Below, one piece after another: positions 1-8,857 of a DNA stretch of 18,771 nt. The position numbers were made by a program, and so were the translations under genes. The stretch lies in the NCBI GenBank assembly GCA_041688145.1, contig JBDNIV010000033.1, forward strand, positions 1-18,771, given 5' to 3'. Below the pieces are notes generated by a model that was not told where the DNA came from, made no database searches, and saw only the letters and a program-made list of their open reading frames with translations. The stretch's first letter is position 1. Each line of letters opens with the position of its first letter. Source of the DNA: Chlamydiia bacterium. Lineage in GTDB: Bacteria; Chlamydiota; Chlamydiia; Chlamydiales; JAAKFQ01.

Positions 1-648
1 CTCAGCTGGAAGCTTGCCTTTATTTTACAGCACAACGCTCCTTTATCATGGTTAAGTACGTATGCAAAAGAGCGCCACTATACAGGCAAACAAGTACTTG
101 GCATCTCAAATGCTATGACTAAAATGGCAACTTTATACAGGCCATGGCAGCTAAAAATACGCAACTTTGTTATCCGGAATTTTGGACAAAGATTTATAGT
201 TCCTAAAGCTTCAAAAAAGCTTTCTCAGCTCTACTTTCAATATCCTAGAAATGTGTTATGTGAGCGTGACTTTTTCCCTTTAGACGGTATTCCAACCGGC
301 ATGAATGCCTTTGATTACCCTTTAAGTACAAGCGATCTTTTCAAACATTTAGACCCTAAATGCTTTACCCTGATTATATTTGCAAGATCAAGCAGGCGCT
401 CTATTGAAGCTGGACTTTTCTTAAAAAAAGAGATTGAGTGCGCCTTTATTCACTGCGTAATTATAGCTCTTGCCCCTTATGCGGAAGGAGGGGTTTTATT
501 TGACCCTAGCGGCAGATGTCATAAAGCATATGGCGCATCAGGCGAAAAGCTTGTTCTCATTCGGCCCGATCGCTACATCGCTTGGCAAAAAGAGGGTATT
601 GATGCAAGGAGCATTAAAAGCTTTTTTAAAGATCTCAACCTAACTTGA
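1..648 (+). CDS. FAD-dependent aromatic monooxygenase (PheA/TfdB/MhpA-like), 5'-truncated by the window edge
   Basis: Frame 1 is open from base 1 (LSWKLAFILQHNAPLSWLSTYAKERHY...), so the ORF-track start at 115 is internal. 'LSWKLA...TYAKER' matches the NLxWKLA...SYxxER motif of FAD_binding_3 hydroxylases. The C-terminal 'LVLIRPDRYIAW' matches the LVRPDGxVAW motif of their thioredoxin-like C-terminal domain. Confidence 0.85.
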   Translation, partial: LSWKLAFILQHNAPLSWLSTYAKERHYTGKQVLGISNAMTKMATLYRPWQLKIRNFVIRNFGQRFIVPKASKKLSQLYFQYPRNVLCERDFFPLDGIPTGMNAFDYPLSTSDLFKHLDPKCFTLIIFARSSRRSIEAGLFLKKEIECAFIHCVIIALAPYAEGGVLFDPSGRCHKAYGASGEKLVLIRPDRYIAWQKEGIDARSIKSFFKDLNLT

Positions 649-654
649 AAATAG

Positions 655-694
655 AAAAAGGCATCCAGACACAAGAAGCGCCTTAGGATGCCTT
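655..694 (-). terminator. Probable intrinsic terminator of the fab-acpP operon, between convergent genes
   Basis: Inverted repeat AAGGCATCC (658-666) / GGATGCCTT (686-694) with a 19-nt loop. On the minus strand it runs into a T tract. The loop is longer than usual. Confidence 0.5.
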
Positions 695-726
695 ATTTCA
701 AAGATCGTTGATCCTTTAAAAGACCT

Positions 727-963
727 TTAAGAACCTTTTTTCTCTTCGATGAATTTAACAACATCGCCAACTGTTTTAAGCTTCTCTGCTTCTTCTTCAG
801 CGATTTCGAAGCCGAAACGCTCTTCAAAAGTCATGATAAGCTCAGTTAAGTCTAGAGAGTCTGCATTGAGGTCTTCAATGAATGACTTCTCTGCGCTTAC
901 TTCAGCAGGATCAACTCCTAACTGTTCGACTACGATATCAATAACTTCTTGTTTGATTGCCAT
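727..963 (-). CDS. acpP: Acyl carrier protein
   Basis: 78-aa acidic protein with the phosphopantetheine attachment motif DLNADSLD, directly downstream of fabG. Confidence 0.98.
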   Translation of the reverse strand: MAIKQEVIDIVVEQLGVDPAEVSAEKSFIEDLNADSLDLTELIMTFEERFGFEIAEEEAEKLKTVGDVVKFIEEKKGS

Positions 964-987
964 GGTTAGTTCCCTTGGGTTGTTAAA

Positions 988-1731
988 TTACATGACCATT
1001 CCGCCGTCTACGGTAAGCACTTGCCCTGTGATATAGTCGGACATCGAACTTGCGAGAAAAAGAGCTGCTTTAGCAATCTCTTCTCCTGTGCCCATCCGTT
1101 TGAATGGAATTTTTTCTAAAAAAACTTTTTTATGCTCTTCAGGGATTGACTCTGTCATCTCCGTTTCAATAAACCCTGGAGCAATTGCATTTACATTAAT
1201 ACCGCGAGACGCAAATTCGAGCGCAAGCGACTTGGTGAAGCCAAGCATACCTGACTTCGAAGCAGAATAATTAACCTGACCTATATTTCCTGTCAACCCG
1301 ACAACAGATGAGATATTGATGATTTTACCTGAGCGCGCCTTCAACATAGGACGAGTTAAAGCATGGCAAAGGTTAAAAGCAGATTTCAAGTTTATATCTA
1401 AGACATCATCCCAATTCTCTTCTGTCATCTTCATCATAAGTGCATCTCGAGTGATACCTGCATTATTGACTAAGATGTCGACTTTAGAAACTTTGGCAAG
1501 TACACGAGAAATAAATTCATGACAAGCGTCATATTTAGAGACATCTAGCGCTTCAAAAAAGGCCTCTACACCTAAGGCTGTTATCTCTTTTACAGCAGCA
1601 TCTCCTCGCTCTTTATTAGTACCTACAATAACAATATTCGCTCCTGCTTTCGCAAAAGTATGTGCTATAGCTTTTCCAATTCCCTTTGTTGAACCCGTAA
1701 TAATAGCCCATTTGCCTTCAAGTAACTTCAT
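988..1731 (-). CDS. fabG: 3-oxoacyl-ACP reductase
   Basis: SDR motifs TGSTKGIG, NNAGITRD, YSASK and NAIAPGFIET; lies between fabD and acpP. Confidence 0.97.
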   Translation of the reverse strand: MKLLEGKWAIITGSTKGIGKAIAHTFAKAGANIVIVGTNKERGDAAVKEITALGVEAFFEALDVSKYDACHEFISRVLAKVSKVDILVNNAGITRDALMMKMTEENWDDVLDINLKSAFNLCHALTRPMLKARSGKIINISSVVGLTGNIGQVNYSASKSGMLGFTKSLALEFASRGINVNAIAPGFIETEMTESIPEEHKKVFLEKIPFKRMGTGEEIAKAALFLASSMSDYITGQVLTVDGGMVM

Positions 1732-1734
1732 AGC

Positions 1735-2688
1735 CTACACTTCCTCTTTTTCCAGCTGAATGCTTAATTTCTCTAAGTCTTCCACCTTCTCAATGCTAAT
1801 TGTTGTCCCTAAAGCGCCAATGCGCTTATTAAGGCCTGAAAGCACTTTACCACAGCCAATCTCTAGATAGAGCTGCACGCCTTTTGACTCCATCAATTCA
1901 ACTCCTTTTATCCAAAGAACAGGAGCTGTCACCTGCTCTTTTAACGCTCGCTTTAAAGCCTCGGCCTCTTCAATAAACTGAGCATTCACATTCGAGACTA
2001 CAGGACATACGCCCTCTAAAAAAGAGGCTTTATCCAGATAAGGGACTAAGAGATCACCCGCTTCTTGCATAAGGCCTGAATGAAAAGCTCCATGAACTTG
2101 CAGAGGCAAAGCGCGCTTAGCGCCTCTATCTTTAGCAAGAGCAATCGCAGCTTCTATTCCTTTAGAAGTCCCTGAAAGCACAACCTGGCCTGGGCAATTA
2201 AAGTTAGCTGCCCATAAATCATTCGGTAAATTGATCTCTTTAACAAGGTCTATAGCAGCCTCATCGCTCATACCTAAAACAACCGCCATTGTTCCCTTAT
2301 GAGTCTCACATGCTTGGTGCATGAGCTGAGCGCGCATTTGAACTAAATTTAACATAGATTCAAAAGGTAAAAAACCAGCCGCATAAGCTGCGCTATATTC
2401 CCCAAGACTCAAACCTGCACAGCAAAAAGGTGAAAGGTCTGGAAAGTGCTTTTTAATCACAGCTAAAATAGCTGCGCTGCATAAAAAGATAGCCGGCTGA
2501 CTATGGCGCGTCTCTGTTAGCGCCTCTATGGGGCCTTTAAAAATGATATCCGATAGTTTATAGCGCAGAATATCATTAGCTTGATCAAACAGCTCTCTAA
2601 CCTCCGAAAAAGCGTCATAGAAGTCTTTGCCCATACCGGGGTATTGGGCTCCTTGTCCAGGAAATAGAAAAGCTGTTTTTTTTGACAT
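1735..2688 (-). CDS. fabD: Malonyl-CoA:ACP transacylase
   Basis: FLFPGQGAQ N-terminal motif, GLSLGEY nucleophile motif (GxSxG), GAFHS and EIGCGKVL. Confidence 0.97.
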   Translation of the reverse strand: MSKKTAFLFPGQGAQYPGMGKDFYDAFSEVRELFDQANDILRYKLSDIIFKGPIEALTETRHSQPAIFLCSAAILAVIKKHFPDLSPFCCAGLSLGEYSAAYAAGFLPFESMLNLVQMRAQLMHQACETHKGTMAVVLGMSDEAAIDLVKEINLPNDLWAANFNCPGQVVLSGTSKGIEAAIALAKDRGAKRALPLQVHGAFHSGLMQEAGDLLVPYLDKASFLEGVCPVVSNVNAQFIEEAEALKRALKEQVTAPVLWIKGVELMESKGVQLYLEIGCGKVLSGLNKRIGALGTTISIEKVEDLEKLSIQLEKEEV

Positions 2689-2710
2689 TTTTAAAAGCTC
2701 CTTACGCAGC

Positions 2711-3709
2711 CTATACGTTTTTTAAAATAGCTGCGCCCCAGGTAAGCCCTGCGCCAAATGCTGTTAGCAAGATGTGGCCCCCTTCTCTAAGTGGATGCTC
2801 TGAAAGGCACTCTTCAAGAGCAATTCCCACAGAAGAAGCTGAGGTGTTGCCGTATTTAGCCACCGTCTTATAGACTTTTTTATCTTCAATATGAAAACGC
2901 TTAGCTATCGCATCAATAATGCGCTCATTCGCCTGATGGGGAATCAGCCAATCAATATCTGATTCGCTAAGCTTATTCTTCTTTAAAACTGTCTCACACG
3001 CATGAATCATACGCCTAACCGCATGCTTGAAAACTTCAGCACCATCCATTTTTACATAGTGTGCCCGTGCGTCGATACTTGCGTGAGTAGGAGGCTGGCG
3101 AGAGCCGCCTCCTGGCTGCATTAAGATCTCAGCCTGGCTGCCATCAGATCCCATCTCTATGCCTAAAATCTCTAGCCCTTTTTCTGCTGGCTGTATTAAA
3201 CAAGCACAGGCTCCATCGCCAAAAAGAACACATGTCGAGCGGTCTTCATAATCAGTGATCGCTGAAAGCTTTTCAGAAGCGACTAAAAGAACATTTTTAT
3301 ACATCCCTGACTCTACATACGCTTTAGCAAGTGAAAGGCCATATACATAGCCGCTACACGCAGACTGAAAATCAAAAGCAGCAGCCTTTTTGGCCCCTAG
3401 CTCTTTTTGAATAAGGCACGCTGTACTTGGAAAAAGGTAGTCTGGGGTAAGCGTTGCCACTACAATTAGATCAACTTCATCAGCAGACACCCCTGCTTTA
3501 TCTAAAGCTTTTTGAGCCGCTTTTGCTCCCATATTTGATGAGAACTCATCTTTTGCTGCAATGCGCCGTTCTTTGATGCCTGTACGCGTCGTAATCCACT
3601 CATCGGTTGTGTCAACAAGCTTTTCTAGATCTGCGTTTGTAAGGATCTTTTCAGGAAGATATCTCCCCCAAGAAACAACTTTAGCACTTTTTTTTTTCGG
3701 CTCTGTCAT
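2711..3709 (-). CDS. fabH: Beta-ketoacyl-ACP synthase III
   Basis: Cys-His-Asn triad motifs SACSGY, PHQAN and YGNTSAS; also EWITTRTGIKERR, LFGDGA and AFGAGLTWG. Confidence 0.97.
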   Translation of the reverse strand: MTEPKKKSAKVVSWGRYLPEKILTNADLEKLVDTTDEWITTRTGIKERRIAAKDEFSSNMGAKAAQKALDKAGVSADEVDLIVVATLTPDYLFPSTACLIQKELGAKKAAAFDFQSACSGYVYGLSLAKAYVESGMYKNVLLVASEKLSAITDYEDRSTCVLFGDGACACLIQPAEKGLEILGIEMGSDGSQAEILMQPGGGSRQPPTHASIDARAHYVKMDGAEVFKHAVRRMIHACETVLKKNKLSESDIDWLIPHQANERIIDAIAKRFHIEDKKVYKTVAKYGNTSASSVGIALEECLSEHPLREGGHILLTAFGAGLTWGAAILKNV

Positions 3710-3736
3710 AGCCCCTTCTTATTTAATAATAGGGTT

Positions 3737-3765
3737 ATCATACCCCAAAAAGGGAATAAAAGCAA
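3737..3765 (-). promoter_or_regulatory. Putative sigma70/sigma66 promoter of the fabH-fabD-fabG-acpP operon
   Basis: The minus strand reads TTGCTT-N17-TATGAT (-35 at 3765-3760, -10 at 3742-3737), 27 nt upstream of the fabH ATG. Confidence 0.6.
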
Positions 3766-3871
3766 ATGAGTGACAAGTTATTAATTAGATGAAATTTCAT
3801 TAAAAAATCACCTTTTACTCCTCTTGGAAAACATCTAAAAATCGACTTAAGACAAATTAAAATAAGCAATG

Positions 3872-3899
3872 TTTACAGAAGTATCCCTATTGTGATAGT
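3872..3899 (+). promoter_or_regulatory. Possible promoter for recR
   Basis: TTTACA-N16-GATAGT with TG at the extended -10 position, in the AT-rich divergent intergenic region. The match to consensus is imperfect. Confidence 0.3.
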
Positions 3900-3941
3900 T
3901 TTTGGATTCGGAAAACACTTCAAAATTTAAATTGAAAACAC

Positions 3942-4541
3942 ATGACTAAATATCCCCACCATCTAATCCGGCTCATCGATACCCTCAGAAAACTGCCAGG
4001 AGTAGGCATTAAGAGTGCTGAGCGTTTTGCGTTCCATTTGCTAGGACAAAGCCCAGAAGTGCTGAAAGAAATGGCCTCTGTCATCTCAGACACTCCTCTT
4101 AAGCTCACTTTCTGCTCTGAATGCGGTTGTATGGAGCTTGAAAGCAGGTGCCCTTTTTGCTTAAGCAGTTCTAGAAATCCGGAACTTCTCTGCCTAATCC
4201 ATTCGCCTAAAGATGCCTTTGCTATGGAAGAGACGCATGAATACAGCGGCTTATACCATGTGTTAGGGGCGCTACTTTCCCCTGTAGACAATTTCAATAG
4301 TGACGCTTTACCTACTACAGCCATCATCTCTAGGATAAAAAATTTAGGCATTAAAGAAGTTATTTTAGCTTTAGATTCAACTATTGAAGCGGATGCTACA
4401 GCTCTTTTTCTGAAAGAAGAGCTCTCAAATACAAATATTACAATATCAAGACTTGCTTACGGTTTACCTATGGGAAGTGCCTTAGATTTTGTAGATGGAG
4501 GCACTTTAGGTAAAGCTATGTCAGGGCGCTTAAATTTTTAG
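3942..4541 (+). CDS. recR: Recombination mediator RecR
   Basis: HhH motif LPGVGIKSAER, C4 zinc finger CSEC...CPFC, YHVLGALLSP, Toprim segment EVILALDSTIEADATA and SRLAYGLPMG. Confidence 0.97.
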   Translation: MTKYPHHLIRLIDTLRKLPGVGIKSAERFAFHLLGQSPEVLKEMASVISDTPLKLTFCSECGCMELESRCPFCLSSSRNPELLCLIHSPKDAFAMEETHEYSGLYHVLGALLSPVDNFNSDALPTTAIISRIKNLGIKEVILALDSTIEADATALFLKEELSNTNITISRLAYGLPMGSALDFVDGGTLGKAMSGRLNF

Positions 4542-4563
4542 CACATTTTTAGTGACCTTTTAC

Positions 4564-4593
4564 TTGCCAAGATCCATTTCTCTCCTTTATGCT
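4564..4593 (+). promoter_or_regulatory. Possible internal promoter for bamA-skp-lpxD
   Basis: TTGCCA-N18-TATGCT in the recR-bamA intergenic region. Confidence 0.35.
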
Positions 4594-4619
4594 TGCGACA
4601 ATTGACATTGGAATTTTTC

Positions 4620-7019
4620 ATGCGCAAACGTCTGATTTATCTACTCATTGCTGCCTTTTTTTTAGGAAAGCCCCTTTCTTTTGGAGCTTCTTTTAATTAT
4701 GAATCATCTCGTATAGAGCGTGTTGAAATCATCCTTCCTAAGCGTTATCAAGGCACTTATCAGCCGCATGCTATTGCAGCTGAGTTAAAAACCAAGACAG
4801 ACCATACGTTTTCCCAAGAACAATTTGATGCTGACCTAAAACACCTAAACGGCCAATTTTCAATTGTAGAACCTGAGATTCGTGAATCAGGCGACAAGCT
4901 TATTGTCACTATTCACCTCCAACCAAAACCTGAAATCTCTTCGATTACCTTTGAGGGCAATCAGTCTTTATCAGACAAAAAATTAAAAAAAGAGCTTCAA
5001 ATTCATAGCGGTGAACCCTTTGACAGAGCCAAATTTATTCAAGGCTTTATTCGTCTAAAAGAGTTCTACCTCAAAAAGAGCTATTTTGATTCCAAGCTCA
5101 CCTACTCTACTGATTTTGATGAAGAAAATGACGAAGTCTCAATCCACATCCATATCACAGAAGGCAAGCCTGGAAAAATTGCTAAAGTGCGTCTGGAAGG
5201 TATCTCTTCTAAAGAAGCTAAAGAAGTAAAAGAGCACTTTTTTACACGCCCTCACCAAATGCTTACAAGTTGGTATACAAAGACAGGTATCTATCAACAT
5301 GAGCTTGTTGAGCAAGACCGCATGTCTGTTATTTCTTACTTCCAGAATAAGGGCTATGCTGATGTCCATGTGACTCCTCAAGTTGTTGAGAGTAAAGAAG
5401 GCAAAATTGATATCGTTTTTGATATTGCGCTTGGTCCTATCTATAAAATCAACGAAATCACTTTTACAGGAAATGAAGCTTTTTCTAATGAAGATGTTGA
5501 AAAGTTTTTAGCTATCCAAAAAGACGACCTTTATTCCCCGGAACAGATCCAAAACACTGTGAAGGCGATTAAAGATCTCTATGGAAAAAACGGCTATATC
5601 GACGCTACAGTGAGTTATCAGCAGACGCTTATTTCTGAAGAGTCTCATGACTATAATCTCCACTTTGAGATTTACGAACTTGAGCAATACTGTGTAGGGA
5701 AAGTAAAGGTCTTAGGAAATTACTACACGTCTCCAAATGTTATACTCAATGAGACCCTCCTTGTTCCTGGCGAAGTTTTTGACTCTAGAAAACTAGCTGC
5801 GACTGAAGAGCGTCTACGTGGAACAGGCTATTTTAAAAAGGTTAACATTTACCCTCTTCCTGTTAGATCTACTGAAGATGGGAAAGAAGAGGCGCGAAAA
5901 AAAAAGCCTTTAAAGCACCGTGACATCTATATCGAGGTAGAAGAGGGTCAAACAGGCCATGCGACGCTTTCTGGCGGAGGCTCTACCACTGACAGCTTCT
6001 TCGGAGCTGTAGAATTATCAGAAAACAATTTTAATATTGGCGGCCTTTCAACTCTTTTCTCTAAAGGCCTCTCATCTATGCGTGGAGGCGGTGAATTTTT
6101 TCACTTGCGCTTCAATTTGGGTAATAAGATTACTTATTACACAATGGCGTGGATGACCCCTTATGCGGGTGACAGCCTATGGCGCTTTGGTTTTGATATC
6201 AATAAGACCTATAACCGTAACCAAGCAAAAAACTTTGACTACGAAAGCTTGGGTGAAAAAATCTATGCTACGTATCCCCTCTCCTCTTTTTGGACATTTG
6301 GGGTGCACTACAACCTTGTGAACACAAAAAACCGCTTCAAAGATGGTGCGACGTGGGACCAAAGACTCGCAGTCGGACCTGGCGGTCTTGCTTCTACAGT
6401 GGGTGTAAACCTTAAACACGACTCAACAAATCACCCAAGACGCCCTTCTGCTGGCCTGCGTTCAACTTTAGATGCTTCATTTACAGGTGTTGGAGGAAAT
6501 TTCACTTATTGGAAATTTCTCTACTTGAATACTCAATATTTGCCTCTAGGTAAAAATGCAGGGTTTTTTAAGCTCCGCGGCAACTTAAAATTTATCTCTC
6601 CTTTTGGAAAAACACCTATTGAAGGCAAAGGCTTTGACCGTCCTCTTCCTCTTGCTGAGCGCCTCTTTTTAGGTGGAGAAACGGATCTTCGAGGTTATAA
6701 AAATGACCGCGTAGGCCCTAATAAAGGTGGCTGGGACAACCCTATTGGAGGTATTTCTTACGGCTTTGCTTCTTTGGAATACGTTTATCCGATTATTGAC
6801 CCCATTCAATTGTTTGCATTTTTTGACGCAGGGTCGTTATCTTTAAGAAGATTTAAGATTGACCATATCCGCATGAGTTGTGGAGCAGGCGTGAGGCTTG
6901 ATATCTTAGGACAGATGCCTATTACGATAGCTTATGCAAGGCCCATAAATCCTGAAAACAGAAAAGACCAGCGTGTCAATAAAAACAACATTCTATTTTC
7001 TATTGGTGTACAGTACTGA
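4620..7019 (+). CDS. bamA: Outer membrane protein assembly factor BamA (Omp85/YaeT)
   Basis: Likely start is the ATG at 4620 (MRKRLIYLLIAAFFLG, signal peptide) rather than the TTG at 4593. Has POTRA-like repeats (ITFEGNQSLSDKKLKK, ITFTGNEAFSNEDV, KVLGNYYTSPNVIL), the barrel loop-6 motif DLRGY, FFDAG, and a C-terminal beta-signal FSIGVQY. Followed by skp and lpxD. Confidence 0.95.
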   Translation: MRKRLIYLLIAAFFLGKPLSFGASFNYESSRIERVEIILPKRYQGTYQPHAIAAELKTKTDHTFSQEQFDADLKHLNGQFSIVEPEIRESGDKLIVTIHLQPKPEISSITFEGNQSLSDKKLKKELQIHSGEPFDRAKFIQGFIRLKEFYLKKSYFDSKLTYSTDFDEENDEVSIHIHITEGKPGKIAKVRLEGISSKEAKEVKEHFFTRPHQMLTSWYTKTGIYQHELVEQDRMSVISYFQNKGYADVHVTPQVVESKEGKIDIVFDIALGPIYKINEITFTGNEAFSNEDVEKFLAIQKDDLYSPEQIQNTVKAIKDLYGKNGYIDATVSYQQTLISEESHDYNLHFEIYELEQYCVGKVKVLGNYYTSPNVILNETLLVPGEVFDSRKLAATEERLRGTGYFKKVNIYPLPVRSTEDGKEEARKKKPLKHRDIYIEVEEGQTGHATLSGGGSTTDSFFGAVELSENNFNIGGLSTLFSKGLSSMRGGGEFFHLRFNLGNKITYYTMAWMTPYAGDSLWRFGFDINKTYNRNQAKNFDYESLGEKIYATYPLSSFWTFGVHYNLVNTKNRFKDGATWDQRLAVGPGGLASTVGVNLKHDSTNHPRRPSAGLRSTLDASFTGVGGNFTYWKFLYLNTQYLPLGKNAGFFKLRGNLKFISPFGKTPIEGKGFDRPLPLAERLFLGGETDLRGYKNDRVGPNKGGWDNPIGGISYGFASLEYVYPIIDPIQLFAFFDAGSLSLRRFKIDHIRMSCGAGVRLDILGQMPITIAYARPINPENRKDQRVNKNNILFSIGVQY

Positions 7020-7068
7020 TAAAACCGTTAAATTTATAAACCCTATAAAGTCATAGGAGACAAACCCC

Positions 7069-7686
7069 ATGAATAAAAAGCTTTTCTTACTACTCGCAGC
7101 TACAAGCCTAATCAGCACAAAAGCTGCTCTTGGCGCTACAAGCGCAGGTGCTCCTGGAGTTGTTAACTTCCAGACATGCATGGAAAAAGCAAAAATAGCT
7201 CAAGACAAACGCCGTGAGCTTGAAAACTTTGACAAGCAATTCCGTGTTAGAATTGACGAAATTCAAAAACATTGTAAAGAGATCGATGAAAAACTAAACA
7301 ATGTCGAATATGTAGATAGCATCACAGCAGAAGCTGAAGAAAACCTAAAGAAAGAGCGTCAAGCTGAAATGCAAAAGCTTATGGGTACTCAAAATGAGTT
7401 CCAGCAGATTATGCAACAACAGCAAATGGCTTTTTCTCAATCATTTATGATCTCTTTAGGAGATGCAGCTCAAAAGGTTGCTAAGGAAAAAAAGCTTTCT
7501 CACGTGATCGCTAAAGAAGCTTGCCTTTACTACGACGACAACTTAGACCTTACTGAAGATGTAATCACAAAGATCAACGCTCTTTACGATAAGCAGCAAA
7601 GAGAAGCTGAAAAAGCGACTAAAGAAGAAGTTGCTGTAAAAGAGAATGCTACTCCAAAAAAAGAAACAGCTGAGCAGAAGAAATAA
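7069..7686 (+). CDS. skp: Periplasmic chaperone Skp/OmpH
   Basis: Signal peptide, GVVNFQTC N-terminal strand, long coiled coil and C-terminal [14 protein letters not shown]; sits in the canonical bamA-skp-lpxD position; RBS AGGAG upstream. Confidence 0.9.
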   Translation: MNKKLFLLLAATSLISTKAALGATSAGAPGVVNFQTCMEKAKIAQDKRRELENFDKQFRVRIDEIQKHCKEIDEKLNNVEYVDSITAEAEENLKKERQAEMQKLMGTQNEFQQIMQQQQMAFSQSFMISLGDAAQKVAKEKKLSHVIAKEACLYYDDNLDLTEDVITKINALYDKQQREAEKATKEEVAVKENATPKKETAEQKK

Positions 7687-7690
7687 CTCT

Positions 7691-8767
7691 ATGCAAGGCA
7701 TCTCGCTTTTCGATCTAGCAGAAAAACTAAATGGCGCAGTTCTCGGGAATGGGGACTGCGTTATTTTTGGTGTGGAAACCCTGGAAAATGCATCTATGCG
7801 CGATCTGTCTTTCTTAAGTAAAGAAGGATACAAGCGCTATTTGCCTCTTTTGCGCCGTACAGAAGCTGGCTGCGTTCTAGTGGATAAAGCAAAAAAACTT
7901 GAGCTTGAAGCTCTAAGTCTTAAGACAAATCTCCTTTTTGTAGACAATCCCTCAGAAGCTTTTCAAAAAGGGCTAGAGCTGTTTTGTAAAGCTTCCCCTA
8001 CCACCTCTTTTTCTGGTATTCATCCTACAAGTGTTATTCATCCTGAAGCAGTGCTAAGTAAAGGCGTCTCTATAGGCCCTTATGCTGTTATAGAAGCTGG
8101 AGCATCTATTGGAAAAGATACACAAATTCTTGCCCATAGTTATGTAGGCACGAACGCTAAGATCGGAGAAAACTGCCTTCTATTCAGCCATAGTGTGGTA
8201 AGAGAGGGCTGCATTCTTCATAACCGCGTTATACTTCAGCCTGGCTGCGTCATTGGTTCTTGCGGCTTTGGTTATCTTACTTCTGAAAAAGGAGAACATA
8301 CAAAGCTTTCTCAACTTGGCATTGTCGTCTTAGAAGATGACGTTGAAATTGGAGCAAATACCACGATAGACAGAGCTCGATTCCAAGAGACCCGCATTAA
8401 AAAAGGCACTAAAATAGATAACCTGTGTCAGATAGCTCACAACGTCTCTATCGGCGAGGGTAACCTCATTGTCTCTCAAACAGGCATAGCAGGTTCTACA
8501 ACCACTGGCAGCTTCTGCGTTTTTGCAGGTCAGTCTGCAAGTGTTGGCCACTTAAAAATAGCTCCTAAAACTACACTTGCTGCACGCGGCGCTTTTAGTA
8601 AATCTATTGAAGAGCCTGGCGGCATTTACAATGGAGCCCCCGCTATCCCCATCAAAGAGCATAACCGCATCCAAGCGCACTTAAGACGCCTAGAGGGGTA
8701 TGTTAAGCGGATAGGTGAACTTGAGGATAAGATCAAAGCAATAGAAGAAGCAAAAGTCTGTTCATAG
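7691..8767 (+). CDS. lpxD: UDP-3-O-(3-hydroxyacyl)glucosamine N-acyltransferase
   Basis: Likely start is the ATG at 7691 ([13 protein letters not shown]), just after the skp stop; the ORF-track start at 7646 overlaps skp. Hexapeptide repeats, [28 protein letters not shown] and a C-terminal helical domain. Confidence 0.96.
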   Translation: MQGISLFDLAEKLNGAVLGNGDCVIFGVETLENASMRDLSFLSKEGYKRYLPLLRRTEAGCVLVDKAKKLELEALSLKTNLLFVDNPSEAFQKGLELFCKASPTTSFSGIHPTSVIHPEAVLSKGVSIGPYAVIEAGASIGKDTQILAHSYVGTNAKIGENCLLFSHSVVREGCILHNRVILQPGCVIGSCGFGYLTSEKGEHTKLSQLGIVVLEDDVEIGANTTIDRARFQETRIKKGTKIDNLCQIAHNVSIGEGNLIVSQTGIAGSTTTGSFCVFAGQSASVGHLKIAPKTTLAARGAFSKSIEEPGGIYNGAPAIPIKEHNRIQAHLRRLEGYVKRIGELEDKIKAIEEAKVCS

Positions 8768-8857
8768 ACCTCATTTATAAAAAGCATGAGGCTCCTCTCT
8801 TGCTAATAGCCAAATAATCTGTTAGAAAAAGGCTAAGGCACTTTTCCCTCAGGCACT

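Noticed and set aside
3688..3697. Homopolymer runs (T10 in fabH; A9 runs in bamA and tamA) as phase-variation sites
   Set aside because: The frames are intact, the runs encode Lys stretches in an AT-rich genome, and fabH and bamA are housekeeping genes.
749..3773. Short plus-strand ORFs (749-1036, 1088-1270, 1316-1522, 2682-2873, 3561-3773)
   Set aside because: All lie antisense to well-supported acpP and fab genes and have shadow-like composition.
3920..4351. 143-aa minus-strand ORF
   Set aside because: Antisense shadow of recR with no recognisable motifs.
4593..4619. TTG start for bamA, and likewise the 7646 start for lpxD
   Set aside because: The ATG at 4620 gives a clean signal peptide. 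The ATG at 7691 avoids a 41-nt overlap with skp and matches the usual LpxD N-terminus.
8768..8857. Mg2+-sensing riboswitch or leader upstream of corA
   Set aside because: The region is only 90 bp with one weak 6-bp hairpin (CCTCAT/ATGAGG). That is too short for an M-box and shows no recognisable leader peptide.
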